64,000 nucleotides of DNA from Clostridia bacterium (GCA_028710495.1 JAQUST010000007.1:2393-66392), one strand, 5' to 3'. Positions 28,843 through 39,278 are shown, counted from the stretch's first letter. Notes: generated by a model from the sequence alone, not told the origin. Numbers and translations: made by a program.

Positions 28843-31272
28843 ATGGGCACTTATGACACAACAAGTAAAGAATTTCAAAAACAGATTGCATCCACGCTTG
28901 CACGCTTTTTTGGTGTAAAGCCTGAAGACGCTACAAAAGCACAAATTTATCAGGCAGTATGTATGGTGGTGCGTGACCTATTGACTCAAACTCGTGTAGA
29001 TTTCAAAAAAATTGTCAGAGAAAAAAATGAAAAGCAAGTTTATTATATGTCAATGGAATTTTTGCTCGGCCGTTCGCTGCGCAATCACATTTTCAATATG
29101 GGAATTCAGAAAGAAGTCGAAAAGGCTGTTGTCAGTCTAGGCTTTGATATGGACGAAATATATTCATTTGAGCCTGATGCGGGTCTAGGTAATGGCGGAT
29201 TAGGCAGACTTGCGGCAGCTTATATGGATGCGTTGACTTCGCAAGGTTATGCTGCAAGCGGATTTTCAATTATGTATGACTACGGCATTTTTAAGCAGGT
29301 TATTGTTGATGGATGGCAACTTGAGCAGCCGGACGAATGGTTGAAAATGGGCTCAGTTTGGTTGAATCCAAGAATGGAAGAAATCTATGAAGTCAAATTT
29401 GGAGGAACAATCGAAGAAAACTGGATTGATGGAAAGTTGAAAGTTTCAGTCAAAAATCCGATGACAGTTTTGGCTGTGCCGTATGATGTCAATGTTTCAG
29501 GATATGACACTCCAGCAGTCAATAGACTCAGGCTTTGGTCTTCGAAAGCGCCAATGGATTTTGATATGAATATGTTCAGCAAGGGCGAATATGTTAAGGC
29601 TATGGCTGCAAAAGCAATGGCGGAAAGCATTTCAAAAATTCTTTACCCAGCTGATGACCATTTTGAGGGTAAGTCGTTACGCTTGAAACAACAATACTTC
29701 TTTGTTTCGGCATCAATTCAAAGCATACTAAAGCGTCATTTGAAAACCAATCCGAATCTTGATAATTTGTCGGATTGCGCTGCTATTCACATCAATGATA
29801 CACACCCGACTCTTTGCATTCCTGAGCTTATGCGAATTTTGCTCGATAAATATGATTATTCATGGGAACAAGCGTGGGAAATTACAACTGCGACCGTTTC
29901 ATACACCAATCATACAGTTATGGCAGAAGCACTTGAAACTTGGCCGCAATCCTTGTTTGAAAGCTTACTCCCAAGAATTTACCAAATAGTCAACGAAATC
30001 AATCAACGTTTTTGCAAAGAGCTTTGGGCTTTCTATCCAAACAACTGGGATAAAGTCAGCTCAAACGCAATATTGTCACATACACAAGTCAAAATGGCAA
30101 ATCTCTGCTTGGCGACTTCACACACAATAAACGGCGTTTCAAAATTACACAGCGAGATTTTGAAGGATGATGTATTCAATGATTACTACCGTATGCATCC
30201 TGAAAAATTTACAAATGTGACAAATGGCATAACGCACCGTCGCTGGGTTTGTCAGTCCAATCCGTTGCTATCAAATTATATCAGCGACCTTATCGGAGAT
30301 AAATGGATTAAAGATGCAGATAATCTTAAGGAGCTCTTAAAGTTTAAGGGTGATAAGAATGTGCTTGAAAATCTTGCGAAAATCAAGTTGAAAAACAAAG
30401 AAATTCTTGCGAATTTTATTTCAAAAACAAACGGTATCAAAATTGATCCAAACTCAATCTTTGATGTGCAGGTCAAGCGTTTGCATGAATATAAACGTCA
30501 ACTTTTGAATGCTATACATATTCTTGACTTATACTATCGTATAAAAGAAAATCCAAATATTGACATTGAACCGCACACATTTATTTTTGGTGCAAAGGCG
30601 GCGAGCGCGTATTATATGGCGAAGCAAATCATTCGTCTTATTTATATGATTGGTCAAGTGGTAAACAATGATCCCGATGTCAAAGATAGAATCAAGGTAG
30701 TATTCCTTGAAAATTATCGTGTCACTCTTGCCGAAATGATTATGCCCGCTTCAGAAGTCTCCGAGCAGATTTCTCTTGCAGGTAAGGAAGCTTCGGGTAC
30801 TGGCAACATGAAGTTTATGATAAACGGCGCTGTCACCATTGGTACTATGGATGGTGCAAATGTCGAAATACATGAGGAAGTTGGAGAAGAAAATATCTTC
30901 TTGTTTGGTCTTTTGGCAGAAGAAGTGCAACAGCTTTATGCTCAAGGCTACAACCCGACACAATTTTACAATGATAACTATTCGCTCAAGCGTGTTATTG
31001 ACAATATGCGTGGCGGTATAGGCGGGTTCTCATTCTCAGAAGTTGCAGACAGCTTGACATTTGGAAACTGTGGCAAAGCCGACAGCTATATGGTTTGCGC
31101 CGACTTCCAGTCATACAAGGATGCGCAAGAGAAACTGGTTTGCGCATATCGTGATAAAGAGCGTTGGAACAGAATGTCGCTTGTCAATATAGCAAAAGCA
31201 GGCTTCTTTGCTGCAGACCGTTCAGTCTTGGAATATGCAAGCAGAATTTGGGAGATAAAACCAATAGTATAG
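28843..31272 (+). CDS. glgP: Glycogen/alpha-glucan phosphorylase (GT35)
   Basis: 809 aa with the EASGTGNMKFMINGA pyridoxal-phosphate lysine motif. Confidence 0.95.
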   Translation: MGTYDTTSKEFQKQIASTLARFFGVKPEDATKAQIYQAVCMVVRDLLTQTRVDFKKIVREKNEKQVYYMSMEFLLGRSLRNHIFNMGIQKEVEKAVVSLGFDMDEIYSFEPDAGLGNGGLGRLAAAYMDALTSQGYAASGFSIMYDYGIFKQVIVDGWQLEQPDEWLKMGSVWLNPRMEEIYEVKFGGTIEENWIDGKLKVSVKNPMTVLAVPYDVNVSGYDTPAVNRLRLWSSKAPMDFDMNMFSKGEYVKAMAAKAMAESISKILYPADDHFEGKSLRLKQQYFFVSASIQSILKRHLKTNPNLDNLSDCAAIHINDTHPTLCIPELMRILLDKYDYSWEQAWEITTATVSYTNHTVMAEALETWPQSLFESLLPRIYQIVNEINQRFCKELWAFYPNNWDKVSSNAILSHTQVKMANLCLATSHTINGVSKLHSEILKDDVFNDYYRMHPEKFTNVTNGITHRRWVCQSNPLLSNYISDLIGDKWIKDADNLKELLKFKGDKNVLENLAKIKLKNKEILANFISKTNGIKIDPNSIFDVQVKRLHEYKRQLLNAIHILDLYYRIKENPNIDIEPHTFIFGAKAASAYYMAKQIIRLIYMIGQVVNNDPDVKDRIKVVFLENYRVTLAEMIMPASEVSEQISLAGKEASGTGNMKFMINGAVTIGTMDGANVEIHEEVGEENIFLFGLLAEEVQQLYAQGYNPTQFYNDNYSLKRVIDNMRGGIGGFSFSEVADSLTFGNCGKADSYMVCADFQSYKDAQEKLVCAYRDKERWNRMSLVNIAKAGFFAADRSVLEYASRIWEIKPIV

Positions 31273-31354
31273 TTTCTGGCATCAAGTCTTTCGACCGGCA
31301 ACATTCCGAATCGTAAATCTGATTGGAGAATGCTAATGCATAATACACTACGAA

Positions 31355-33175
31355 ATGAATTATAATCCTCTACTTAATAAAAGACCGTATGGAGCAGTTG
31401 TTGCAGGACAACTTGTTTCGATATCATTTCCTCTTGACATAAATTTTGGTGTCAAGAGGTTTTATATTAGGTTGTGGAAGGAAAGTGAAATCATTCGTGT
31501 GGAGCTTAGCAAAACAAACGAGCATACTGGAGTCGCATATTTCGAAGGCGATTTCAGAGTTAAAGATTGGGGAATTTGGCATTATCATTTTGAGGGCGAA
31601 ACTGACAACGGAATGGTTTATTTCGGGCAGGGTGAAGACGGGAATTCGACTTGTGGTGAATGGTTGCCAGAATGGCAGCTTACCGTTATCAAACATCGAT
31701 ATAAAACACCGAAATGGGCGAAAGGCGGATTGATTTATCACTTGTTTGCTGATCGCTTTTGCCGCGCAGGTGACCGTAAACTTGAAAAGGATGGAACTTT
31801 TCATACCGACTGGTTTGAAGCTCCTGTTGTTGCAAATCCAGGGGAGGAATATCGCGCAGATGACTTTTTCGGCGGGGATATCGAGGGAATTATATCAAAA
31901 CTTGATTATTTGAATTCACTTGGCGTAACAATTTTGTATTTGTCGCCAATTTTTGAAGCTGCTTCAAATCACCGCTATGACACAGGCGATTACTTCACAA
32001 TAGATAAGCTGTTCGGAAATGAAAAAATATTCAAACAACTATTAGAAAAATGCAAATTACTTGGTATGGAAGTGATGCTCGATGGAGTTTTCAATCATAC
32101 AGGCAGTGACAGCATATACTTCAACAAAAATGGTCACTATGACAGCTTGGGCGCTTATGAAAGCCAAAATTCTTCATACCACGACTGGTACTATTTTACA
32201 AAATTTCCTGATGAATATGCGTGTTGGTGGGGTTGCACTGTTGTTCCGACAGTCAACAAATCCAACGCCGATTACCGCAAAATGATATTCGGTGAGGCTG
32301 GAGTCATAAAAAAATGGACGAAAATGGGTGTAAAAGGCTGGCGGCTCGACGTTGTTGACGAACTGCCAATCGATTTTGTTGATGATATCCGTAAAGCTGT
32401 GAAATCTTCTGACCCCGATTGTTTGATAATTGGTGAAGTTTGGGAAGATGCAACCACAAAAATTAGTTATGATGAGTGGAGACCGTATTTCTTTGGTGAT
32501 CAGCTGGATGGTGTAACAAATTACCCATTCAAAAGTGCAATCTTAAAATATGTTTTGGGTGCAGATGTTGCCGCTTTCAAAAGAAATGTCGGAAGCATAT
32601 TGCAAAATTATCCAAAGCAGTCTCTTGATGTTCTTTTGAACATGATTGATTCACATGACACTGTGCGTGCGCTAAATACTCTTTCAGAATTTCCGATTGA
32701 CGGTTTAACAAAAAAGGAAAGAGCAGAAGTGCAAATCAATGGAGAATATCTTGAACTAGGGAAACGCAGATTAAAAATTGCGGCAGCTCTTCAATATACT
32801 TTGCCTGGCATTCCGTGTTTGTATTATGGCGATGAAGCAGGGGTAACCGGTTATGAAGACCCTATCAATCGCAAGACTTATCCATGGGGAAAGGAAGACA
32901 ATGAACTAGTAAAATTCTATCAAAAACTTGGTCGTACCAGAGCAAAGTTGCATGAAGAACTTGAAGGCGAAACTTATTTTTTGGATGATGATGAAATTTT
33001 GGTTATGATACGCACCATAGGCAATGATATGCTTATTGTAGCTGTCAACAATACGCCGAATGAAATTGAAAGAAAACTAAGATATGATTATATCGATATA
33101 TTCAACGATATCGAAATAAAAGAGGGCGATGTCAAGCTTGCTCCATACAGTTTTTATATCTTGAAGAAGAAGTAA
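31355..33175 (+). CDS. GH13 alpha-glucosidase/neopullulanase-like enzyme
   Basis: GH13 regions DGVFNHT, GWRLDVVDE, IIGEVWED and IDSHDTVR, plus an N-terminal beta domain. Exact specificity cannot be determined by eye. Confidence 0.8.
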   Translation: MNYNPLLNKRPYGAVVAGQLVSISFPLDINFGVKRFYIRLWKESEIIRVELSKTNEHTGVAYFEGDFRVKDWGIWHYHFEGETDNGMVYFGQGEDGNSTCGEWLPEWQLTVIKHRYKTPKWAKGGLIYHLFADRFCRAGDRKLEKDGTFHTDWFEAPVVANPGEEYRADDFFGGDIEGIISKLDYLNSLGVTILYLSPIFEAASNHRYDTGDYFTIDKLFGNEKIFKQLLEKCKLLGMEVMLDGVFNHTGSDSIYFNKNGHYDSLGAYESQNSSYHDWYYFTKFPDEYACWWGCTVVPTVNKSNADYRKMIFGEAGVIKKWTKMGVKGWRLDVVDELPIDFVDDIRKAVKSSDPDCLIIGEVWEDATTKISYDEWRPYFFGDQLDGVTNYPFKSAILKYVLGADVAAFKRNVGSILQNYPKQSLDVLLNMIDSHDTVRALNTLSEFPIDGLTKKERAEVQINGEYLELGKRRLKIAAALQYTLPGIPCLYYGDEAGVTGYEDPINRKTYPWGKEDNELVKFYQKLGRTRAKLHEELEGETYFLDDDEILVMIRTIGNDMLIVAVNNTPNEIERKLRYDYIDIFNDIEIKEGDVKLAPYSFYILKKK

Positions 33176-33216
33176 AAATTTAAATATGCAGAATTAAAAA
33201 AAATAAATATGGATAT

Positions 33217-33240
33217 GGGGAGAGTTTTCTCCCCTTTTTT
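33217..33240 (+). terminator. Intrinsic terminator after the glg/GH13 genes
   Basis: GGGGAGAG-tttt-CTCCCC followed by a T6 run. Confidence 0.8.
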
Positions 33241-33336
33241 GCGGAAAAATGTCAAAGAAAAGCGCGTAAATTCGGTCTTTACAATAATACTTTTATAATG
33301 TATAATATTTATATCTATTTAGGGTAGGAGAAAATT

Positions 33337-35367
33337 ATGAAGAAAAATCCGCAAACAATTTCCGATGCAGCCGATGATCTAGTTGCGTCACCAAATGCAG
33401 GCGAAACCGTAGCGAGGAAGCCACTAAGACTGGATTATCCGCAAACTATCAAAGTCGGTTTCGCTTTTGCAATTATTATGCTATTTTGGACAGCATATGA
33501 CTTTGTCGTCCCGCTTCTTTTGGAAAATGCATTCGGACTTTCCAATATGATGAGAGGTCTCATTATGGGACTTGACAATTTGCTTTCTTTGTTTATGCTT
33601 CCTTTGTTTGGCAGACTATCTGACAAGTCAAAAGGTAAGCTTACTCAAAAGATGGGTAGAAGAACACCGTTTATTGTTTTCGGGACTATAGCGGCAGTGG
33701 CGCTTATGGTTTTTGTTCCAATATCTGCTCAGTCGCAATTGAATCGTTCTGCAGATGTCAGGGCTAGCTATACTGCGCAACTTAACGATAATGCGTTTAT
33801 GAGTGAAAATTTGACAATGTTCTATAACGAGGCAGTTGACGGCACTACAAAATACTGCGACTTGAACTTCCTCGCAATGAACAACATATCTGAAGAACAG
33901 TTTGTCGCACTTCGCTATGACAGCAAACTTGAATCGTCGGGCGGTTTTATGGGCACAGGCACAAAAACTTATACGTATGATGGAGAGACAGTCGAACTTT
34001 CATCCATAATCGGCGACAAGACCGTTGAAGAAATTATTGCGGGAAATGCTGCATATGAAAAATATGCAAAAGCAGGCATGAATACTTGGGTTTCAGAGAG
34101 AGTGGAAGCAAACGCTGTCACAAGTACTGAAGGTAAAACAAGTCTTATTTTTTATATGATTATTCTGTTTTTCACTTTGGTTGCAATGGCAACATTCCGT
34201 TCCCCTGCAGTCGCGCTTATGCCAGATGTCACACCAAAACCATTGCGTTCGCAAGGTAACGCAATGATAAATCTGATGGGTGGTGTTGGAGGCGCAATCG
34301 CGTTTTTGATTTACACCATAGTTTTGTTTGGCGATAGTATCTACAACTACACAATTATTTTTGCAGCTATCGGAGCAGGAATGATTGCTCTTATGACTTG
34401 CTATCTTTTCCTCGTTAAAGAAAAGAAGATGGTCAATCGTTGCCAAGTAATATGTGAAGAATATGGAATAACAGATGAAGACGAAGAAAAAGAAGAATTA
34501 GCAAAACTCGGTGGCGCTGAAATTTCAAAGGGAAGTCTTTCAGTAATTGCTGAAACACCTGCGGACGGCGCAATTGACAACGGCGCTGAAGATTTTGCTA
34601 AAGACAAAAAAGGAAACGGGGCATCTTTCAATGAAAAAATCGAGGCAAGATTTAATGCCAAACATGCGAATTTGTCTCCTGAAGAGCGCAAGGTCAAACT
34701 TGCAAAGGCAAAGCAGCTTAGCTTCTTCCTTATTTTAGCCGCAATCTTTATGTGGTTTATGGGATACAATGCAATATCGTCAAACCTTTCAGTATATTGT
34801 GTTAAAGCACTTAATTTGAAGGCAAGCGTTGCATCAATCATTTCTGGCGTTTCTATGGCAGTTAGCGCGATCGCCTTTATCCCTGTCGGAATGCTCGCAG
34901 TCAAAATAGGAAGAAGAAAGTCAATTATGATTGGTTTTGGTCTTGCAACACTTTCATTCGTATTGCTGGCAACTCCGCTTATCGCGAATGCAGATGTTGA
35001 GCTTGCAAAAGCTGCATTGTTTGCATTGTTCTATCTTATCGCCGGCTTTGGTCTTATCATCGCAAATGTCAACACATTCCCGATGGTTGTTGAACTTGCA
35101 AAAGCTGAGGATGTTGGCAAATACACTGGATTCTACTACACGGCAACAATGAGCGCTCAAGCAATCACACCATTCATAGCGGGCGCAATCATGGACAAAT
35201 GGGGCAACTCCTCGCTCTTCGCATATTCGGCTGTTTGTGTTGTTATTGCAATTGTAATTATGGTATTCGTTCGCTATGGCGACAGCATGCAAATCCCCAA
35301 AGGTATGAAATTGAGCAAAGAAGAAAAGAAACAAGTCATGCTTGATTCAATGGGTGATGCTGACTAA
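33337..35367 (+). CDS. MFS transporter (GPH/SLC45-like) with two large loop insertions
   Basis: About 12 hydrophobic helices by eye. Loop 2-3 motif GRLSDKS...GRRTPF. 676 aa against roughly 450 for typical members. Confidence 0.8.
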   Translation: MKKNPQTISDAADDLVASPNAGETVARKPLRLDYPQTIKVGFAFAIIMLFWTAYDFVVPLLLENAFGLSNMMRGLIMGLDNLLSLFMLPLFGRLSDKSKGKLTQKMGRRTPFIVFGTIAAVALMVFVPISAQSQLNRSADVRASYTAQLNDNAFMSENLTMFYNEAVDGTTKYCDLNFLAMNNISEEQFVALRYDSKLESSGGFMGTGTKTYTYDGETVELSSIIGDKTVEEIIAGNAAYEKYAKAGMNTWVSERVEANAVTSTEGKTSLIFYMIILFFTLVAMATFRSPAVALMPDVTPKPLRSQGNAMINLMGGVGGAIAFLIYTIVLFGDSIYNYTIIFAAIGAGMIALMTCYLFLVKEKKMVNRCQVICEEYGITDEDEEKEELAKLGGAEISKGSLSVIAETPADGAIDNGAEDFAKDKKGNGASFNEKIEARFNAKHANLSPEERKVKLAKAKQLSFFLILAAIFMWFMGYNAISSNLSVYCVKALNLKASVASIISGVSMAVSAIAFIPVGMLAVKIGRRKSIMIGFGLATLSFVLLATPLIANADVELAKAALFALFYLIAGFGLIIANVNTFPMVVELAKAEDVGKYTGFYYTATMSAQAITPFIAGAIMDKWGNSSLFAYSAVCVVIAIVIMVFVRYGDSMQIPKGMKLSKEEKKQVMLDSMGDAD

Positions 35368-35485
35368 TAGCAAATTTAGTTTTGTTGGAAAATTGAAAAA
35401 TGTATTTTAAGAAATTTGATTTCAGAAAAGGTTGTAAAGACAAAAACTTAAATTTAGCAATTTGAAATAAAAATCACATAATTTT

Positions 35486-35513
35486 AGGGAGGGCGATTGC
35501 TCTCCCTTTTATT
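35486..35513 (+). terminator. Intrinsic terminator after the MFS gene
   Basis: AGGGAGGGC-gatt-GCTCTCCCT followed by TTTTATT. Confidence 0.7.
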
Positions 35514-35702
35514 GTTCAAATTGAAAATTTAAAAGTCATTAGTGACAATGTTCTTGTCTTCCGACACAAAATTTCTTAATTACATTATTAATTTTTAAGA
35601 TAAGATATAATACTAGCAAAGCACAAACTGTTGTGCTATAATAAAAAAACAAACACAATGGGTGGAATTTTTTCTATTTCAATAACATAAGATGTGAGTA
35701 CT

Positions 35703-36923
35703 ATGGGAAACAATATAAATAATAAATCAAAGTCTAATATTAATTCAAAAGCGAGAAAACTTGCAACCGCAAAAGCCAAAGCTTTGGCTGGTTCAAACGC
35801 GAAGAAAAAAGCAAACGAAAAATCTAATTCGCGTGCATATTCAAAAAAAAGCTCGAGAGGAAATATTAAAGTTCACTTGAGCAAGAAGGCATCAAAAAAA
35901 ATCTTTGTTGTCGTAGTTGCCATAGTTTTGGTTTTGGCAATTTGTGCCGGTTTGATTTACTGGAAGCGTCCTGATATGTTTTGGCAGGGCTATGCTTGGG
36001 TGCAAGATCTATTTGACAGAAATGATAATCAAAGCAATCCGCTTACGCTTGGTGAAGGCGAATTGCAAATTCACTTCATTGATGTTGGTCAAGGCGATTG
36101 CATTCTGATTTTGCTTCCTGATGGAAAATCCATGATGATTGATGCGGGAAACGGAAGCAATTCGAGTACCTATCTTTCCAGCACGCTTGACTACATTGAC
36201 GATTATCTTGCAGACGGAATAATAGATTATATGATGCTCACGCACGCCGACTCAGATCATTGCTATTTCATCGATGAAGTTATTGCACAATATGATGTGA
36301 ACACTTTCTATATGCCGAATATCCTTTCCACGCGTGCTGATGACCGAATATCAAATGCTAGCATTGCACAATTTACAGATGATGACACGATTGATACAAT
36401 ATGCTATGCAAACTTTTTCAATAGTGCATTGCTGGAGGCTGATGCGGAGATAGTACTAAATATAGGGACAATAGTTATTGAAACCGAAAATTATCGACTC
36501 ACATGTTACTGTCCTACAGCGGAATTTTGGGAAAACAACAGCTTGAGTACTGCTGAGAAAAAGAATGCGATTTCTCCGATAGTCATTCTGGAATACAATG
36601 GCTTCAAGGTGGTTTTAACGGGAGATTCAAATGAAATTAATGAGCCGATATTTATGGATAGAGTTGGTGAGCCAGTGAATTGCGATGTTTTAAAAGTCGC
36701 CCATCACGGAAGCGAGACATCATCAATCCCCTCATTTTTGGATTTTGTAGATTGTGAATATGCGGTTGTTAGTGTCGGCGAAAATGATTACGGGCATCCG
36801 TCCGTTGATACTTTGGATAGATTGGCAGCTAGAGATATGACCATTTATCGAACTGACCAAAACGGAAATATAATTTTGTCAATCACTTCGACAATAAATT
36901 TTAGCCTTGCAAAATCTGAGTAG
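35703..36923 (+). CDS. ComEC-C-terminal-like metallo-beta-lactamase fold protein, membrane-anchored
   Basis: K-rich N-terminus, one TM helix (IFVVVVAIVLVLAICAGLIYW), then IHFIDVGQGDCILI...MLTHADSDH...VAHHGSETS. Start is ATG 35703 or GTG 35694. Confidence 0.75.
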   Translation: MGNNINNKSKSNINSKARKLATAKAKALAGSNAKKKANEKSNSRAYSKKSSRGNIKVHLSKKASKKIFVVVVAIVLVLAICAGLIYWKRPDMFWQGYAWVQDLFDRNDNQSNPLTLGEGELQIHFIDVGQGDCILILLPDGKSMMIDAGNGSNSSTYLSSTLDYIDDYLADGIIDYMMLTHADSDHCYFIDEVIAQYDVNTFYMPNILSTRADDRISNASIAQFTDDDTIDTICYANFFNSALLEADAEIVLNIGTIVIETENYRLTCYCPTAEFWENNSLSTAEKKNAISPIVILEYNGFKVVLTGDSNEINEPIFMDRVGEPVNCDVLKVAHHGSETSSIPSFLDFVDCEYAVVSVGENDYGHPSVDTLDRLAARDMTIYRTDQNGNIILSITSTINFSLAKSE

Positions 36924-37011
36924 AACAAAAAATATCTAAAAAACACACATAACTATAGTAACTCAAAATGAAAAAATGTCGTGAAACATTTAAGAAAAAA
37001 GTTTCACACAA

Positions 37012-37058
37012 ATCCCACATTTTGTGTGCGATAAAGTATTGACAACTATATATTGTTA
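37012..37058 (+). promoter_or_regulatory. Two candidate NrdR boxes
   Basis: ATCCCACATTTTGTGT at 37012-37027 and CAACTATATATTGTTA at 37043-37058. Both match every strongly conserved position of the acaCwAtATaTwGtgt consensus. Their centres are 31 bp apart. Confidence 0.55.
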
Positions 37059-37067
37059 TGTTACGAT
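37039..37067 (+). promoter_or_regulatory. Candidate nrdD promoter
   Basis: TTGACA, 17 nt spacer, TACGAT. NrdR box 2 occupies the spacer. Confidence 0.5.
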
Positions 37068-37135
37068 GATATAGCTTTAGAAGAGGCTTGCAGAAACCGC
37101 AAGTTTTTTAAGACCATATCACATAGGAGGATATT

Positions 37136-39238
37136 ATGATTATCAAAATTTTGAAGCGTGACGGAAGAATTGAATTTTTTGAGAAACAAAAAATCACTGA
37201 CGCTATTTTCAAAGCGGCGCAAGCATGCGGAGGTAAGGACAAAGCATTGGCTGCAAATCTTGCCGAACTTGTCGTAAAGGCGGCTCAAGTTAAATTTGTT
37301 GACAAAATTCCATCAGTTGAGGACATTCAGGACCTTGTTGAACAAGTGCTTATCAATGAGGGACATGCTCAAACTGCGAAAGCGTTTATTTTGTATCGCG
37401 AAAGAAGACAAGAGGCAAGAAATATTTCTGCTCTTGTTGGCGAAACCTCCGAATTGTTCACAGGATACCTTGCTGATAAAGATTGGGGTGTAAAAGAAAA
37501 CGCAAATATGCAAAAGAGTGTCAACGGACTCAACAATTATGTACGTGAGCACTTCACAAAGAAATACTGGCTTTACAAAGTCTATCCGAAAGAAGTTCGC
37601 GAGGCGCACGAATCGGGAGATATTCATCTTCACGATCTTGGTTTCTTTGGACCATATTGCGCAGGTTGGGACATTCGTCAATTGCTGACAGACGGTTTCG
37701 GCGGAGTTGGCGGAAAAGTTGAATCAAAGCCTGCGAAGCATTTGCGTTCGTTTTTGGGTCAGCTTGTCAATTCGACATTCACTACACAAGGCGAAACCGC
37801 AGGAGCACAAGCATGGAGTTCAATCGACACATATTGCGCACCGTTTATTTACTATGACAATATGACTTATGAACAAGTCCGTCAGTGCATACAGGAGTTT
37901 GTTTTCAATATTAACGTTCCAACTCGTGTTGGTTTTCAATGCCCGTTTTCAAATTTGACATTTGACCTTAAAGTGCCACGCACATTAGCCGAGCAACCAG
38001 TTGTTGTAGGCGGTGAATGCAAAGACAAATTGTACTCAGAATTCCAAAAAGAAATGGATATGTTCAATCTTGCATTCTGTGATGTTATGCTTCAAGGCGA
38101 CGCAAAAGGCAGAGTTTTCACTTTCCCAATTCCGACAATCAATGTCACAAAGGAACTTGACTGGAACAGCGAAGTTGTCAATGCATTTATGGAAATCACT
38201 TGTAAATATGGTATTCCATATTTTGCGAACTATATCAATAGCGACCTTTCACCTGAGGATGCAGTTTCGATGTGTTGCAGATTGCGTCTTGATGTAACAG
38301 AACTCAGAAAGCGTGGTGGTGGACTTTTCGGTTCAAATCCACTTACCGGTTCAATCGGAGTTGTAACTATAAACTTGCCAAGAGTCGGTTATACAGCAAA
38401 AACGGAGGCAGAGTTCTTGGAAAAAATCCGCGACTTAGCAATTTTAGGCAAGACCTCACTTGAAATCAAGCGCAAGATTATTGAAGCACAATCTGAACGC
38501 GGATTGTATCCTTACTCAACATATTATTTGCGTGGTGTCAAAGAACGCACAGGCGAGTTCTGGACAAACCATTTCAACACCATTGGCGTCATCGGTATGA
38601 ATGAAGCTTGTGTCAACTTTATGGGCAAGTCAATTGGCACACCTGAAGGTCAAGCGTTCTGTCTGAAAGTTATGAATTTTATGCGTGAACTTATGGTCGA
38701 ATTCCAAAAGGAAACCGGACATAGCTACAATCTTGAAGCGACACCTGCAGAAGGAACTTCCTACCGCCTTGCGCGCCTTGACAAAAAGCTTTATCCCGGA
38801 ATTATTACGGCTGGCGAAGAAGACATCTACTATACTAACTCAACACAGCTTCCTGTCGGATTTACCGATGATATTATGTTGACTGTCAAGTTGCAAGACG
38901 AAATCCAATCACTATACACCGGTGGAACAGTACAACATATGTATTTGGGTGAGAAAATTGATGACATCGAAGTTTGCAAAAAGCTCATTAAGAAGATTTT
39001 TACAATCTCAAAGATGCCATATATCTCTATCACTCCAACTTTCTCGGTTTGCAACACCCACGGTTATATTGCAGGCGAACATTTCAAATGTCCGCATTGC
39101 GGAATAGACACCGAAGTTTACTCCCGTGTTGTCGGATATCTCCGCCCTGTTCAGAACTACAACAGAGGCAAGAAAGAAGAGTATCGTGAGCGTGTAAAGT
39201 ATGTTGTAAAACCGCAACAACTTAAAGATGTAAAATAG
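37136..39238 (+). CDS. nrdD: Anaerobic ribonucleoside-triphosphate reductase (class III)
   Basis: 700 aa. N-terminal ATP-cone (IIKILKRDGRIEFFEKQKI). C-terminal CPHCG zinc site and the RVVGYLRPV glycyl-radical motif. Confidence 0.95.
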   Translation: MIIKILKRDGRIEFFEKQKITDAIFKAAQACGGKDKALAANLAELVVKAAQVKFVDKIPSVEDIQDLVEQVLINEGHAQTAKAFILYRERRQEARNISALVGETSELFTGYLADKDWGVKENANMQKSVNGLNNYVREHFTKKYWLYKVYPKEVREAHESGDIHLHDLGFFGPYCAGWDIRQLLTDGFGGVGGKVESKPAKHLRSFLGQLVNSTFTTQGETAGAQAWSSIDTYCAPFIYYDNMTYEQVRQCIQEFVFNINVPTRVGFQCPFSNLTFDLKVPRTLAEQPVVVGGECKDKLYSEFQKEMDMFNLAFCDVMLQGDAKGRVFTFPIPTINVTKELDWNSEVVNAFMEITCKYGIPYFANYINSDLSPEDAVSMCCRLRLDVTELRKRGGGLFGSNPLTGSIGVVTINLPRVGYTAKTEAEFLEKIRDLAILGKTSLEIKRKIIEAQSERGLYPYSTYYLRGVKERTGEFWTNHFNTIGVIGMNEACVNFMGKSIGTPEGQAFCLKVMNFMRELMVEFQKETGHSYNLEATPAEGTSYRLARLDKKLYPGIITAGEEDIYYTNSTQLPVGFTDDIMLTVKLQDEIQSLYTGGTVQHMYLGEKIDDIEVCKKLIKKIFTISKMPYISITPTFSVCNTHGYIAGEHFKCPHCGIDTEVYSRVVGYLRPVQNYNRGKKEEYRERVKYVVKPQQLKDVK

Positions 39239-39249
39239 TACTGTAAAAT

Positions 39250-39278
39250 GAAGAGGATGAGCAGTGCTCATCCTCTTC
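39250..39278 (+). terminator. 13-bp perfect stem-loop after nrdD (no U-tract)
   Basis: GAAGAGGATGAGC-agt-GCTCATCCTCTTC. Confidence 0.55.
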
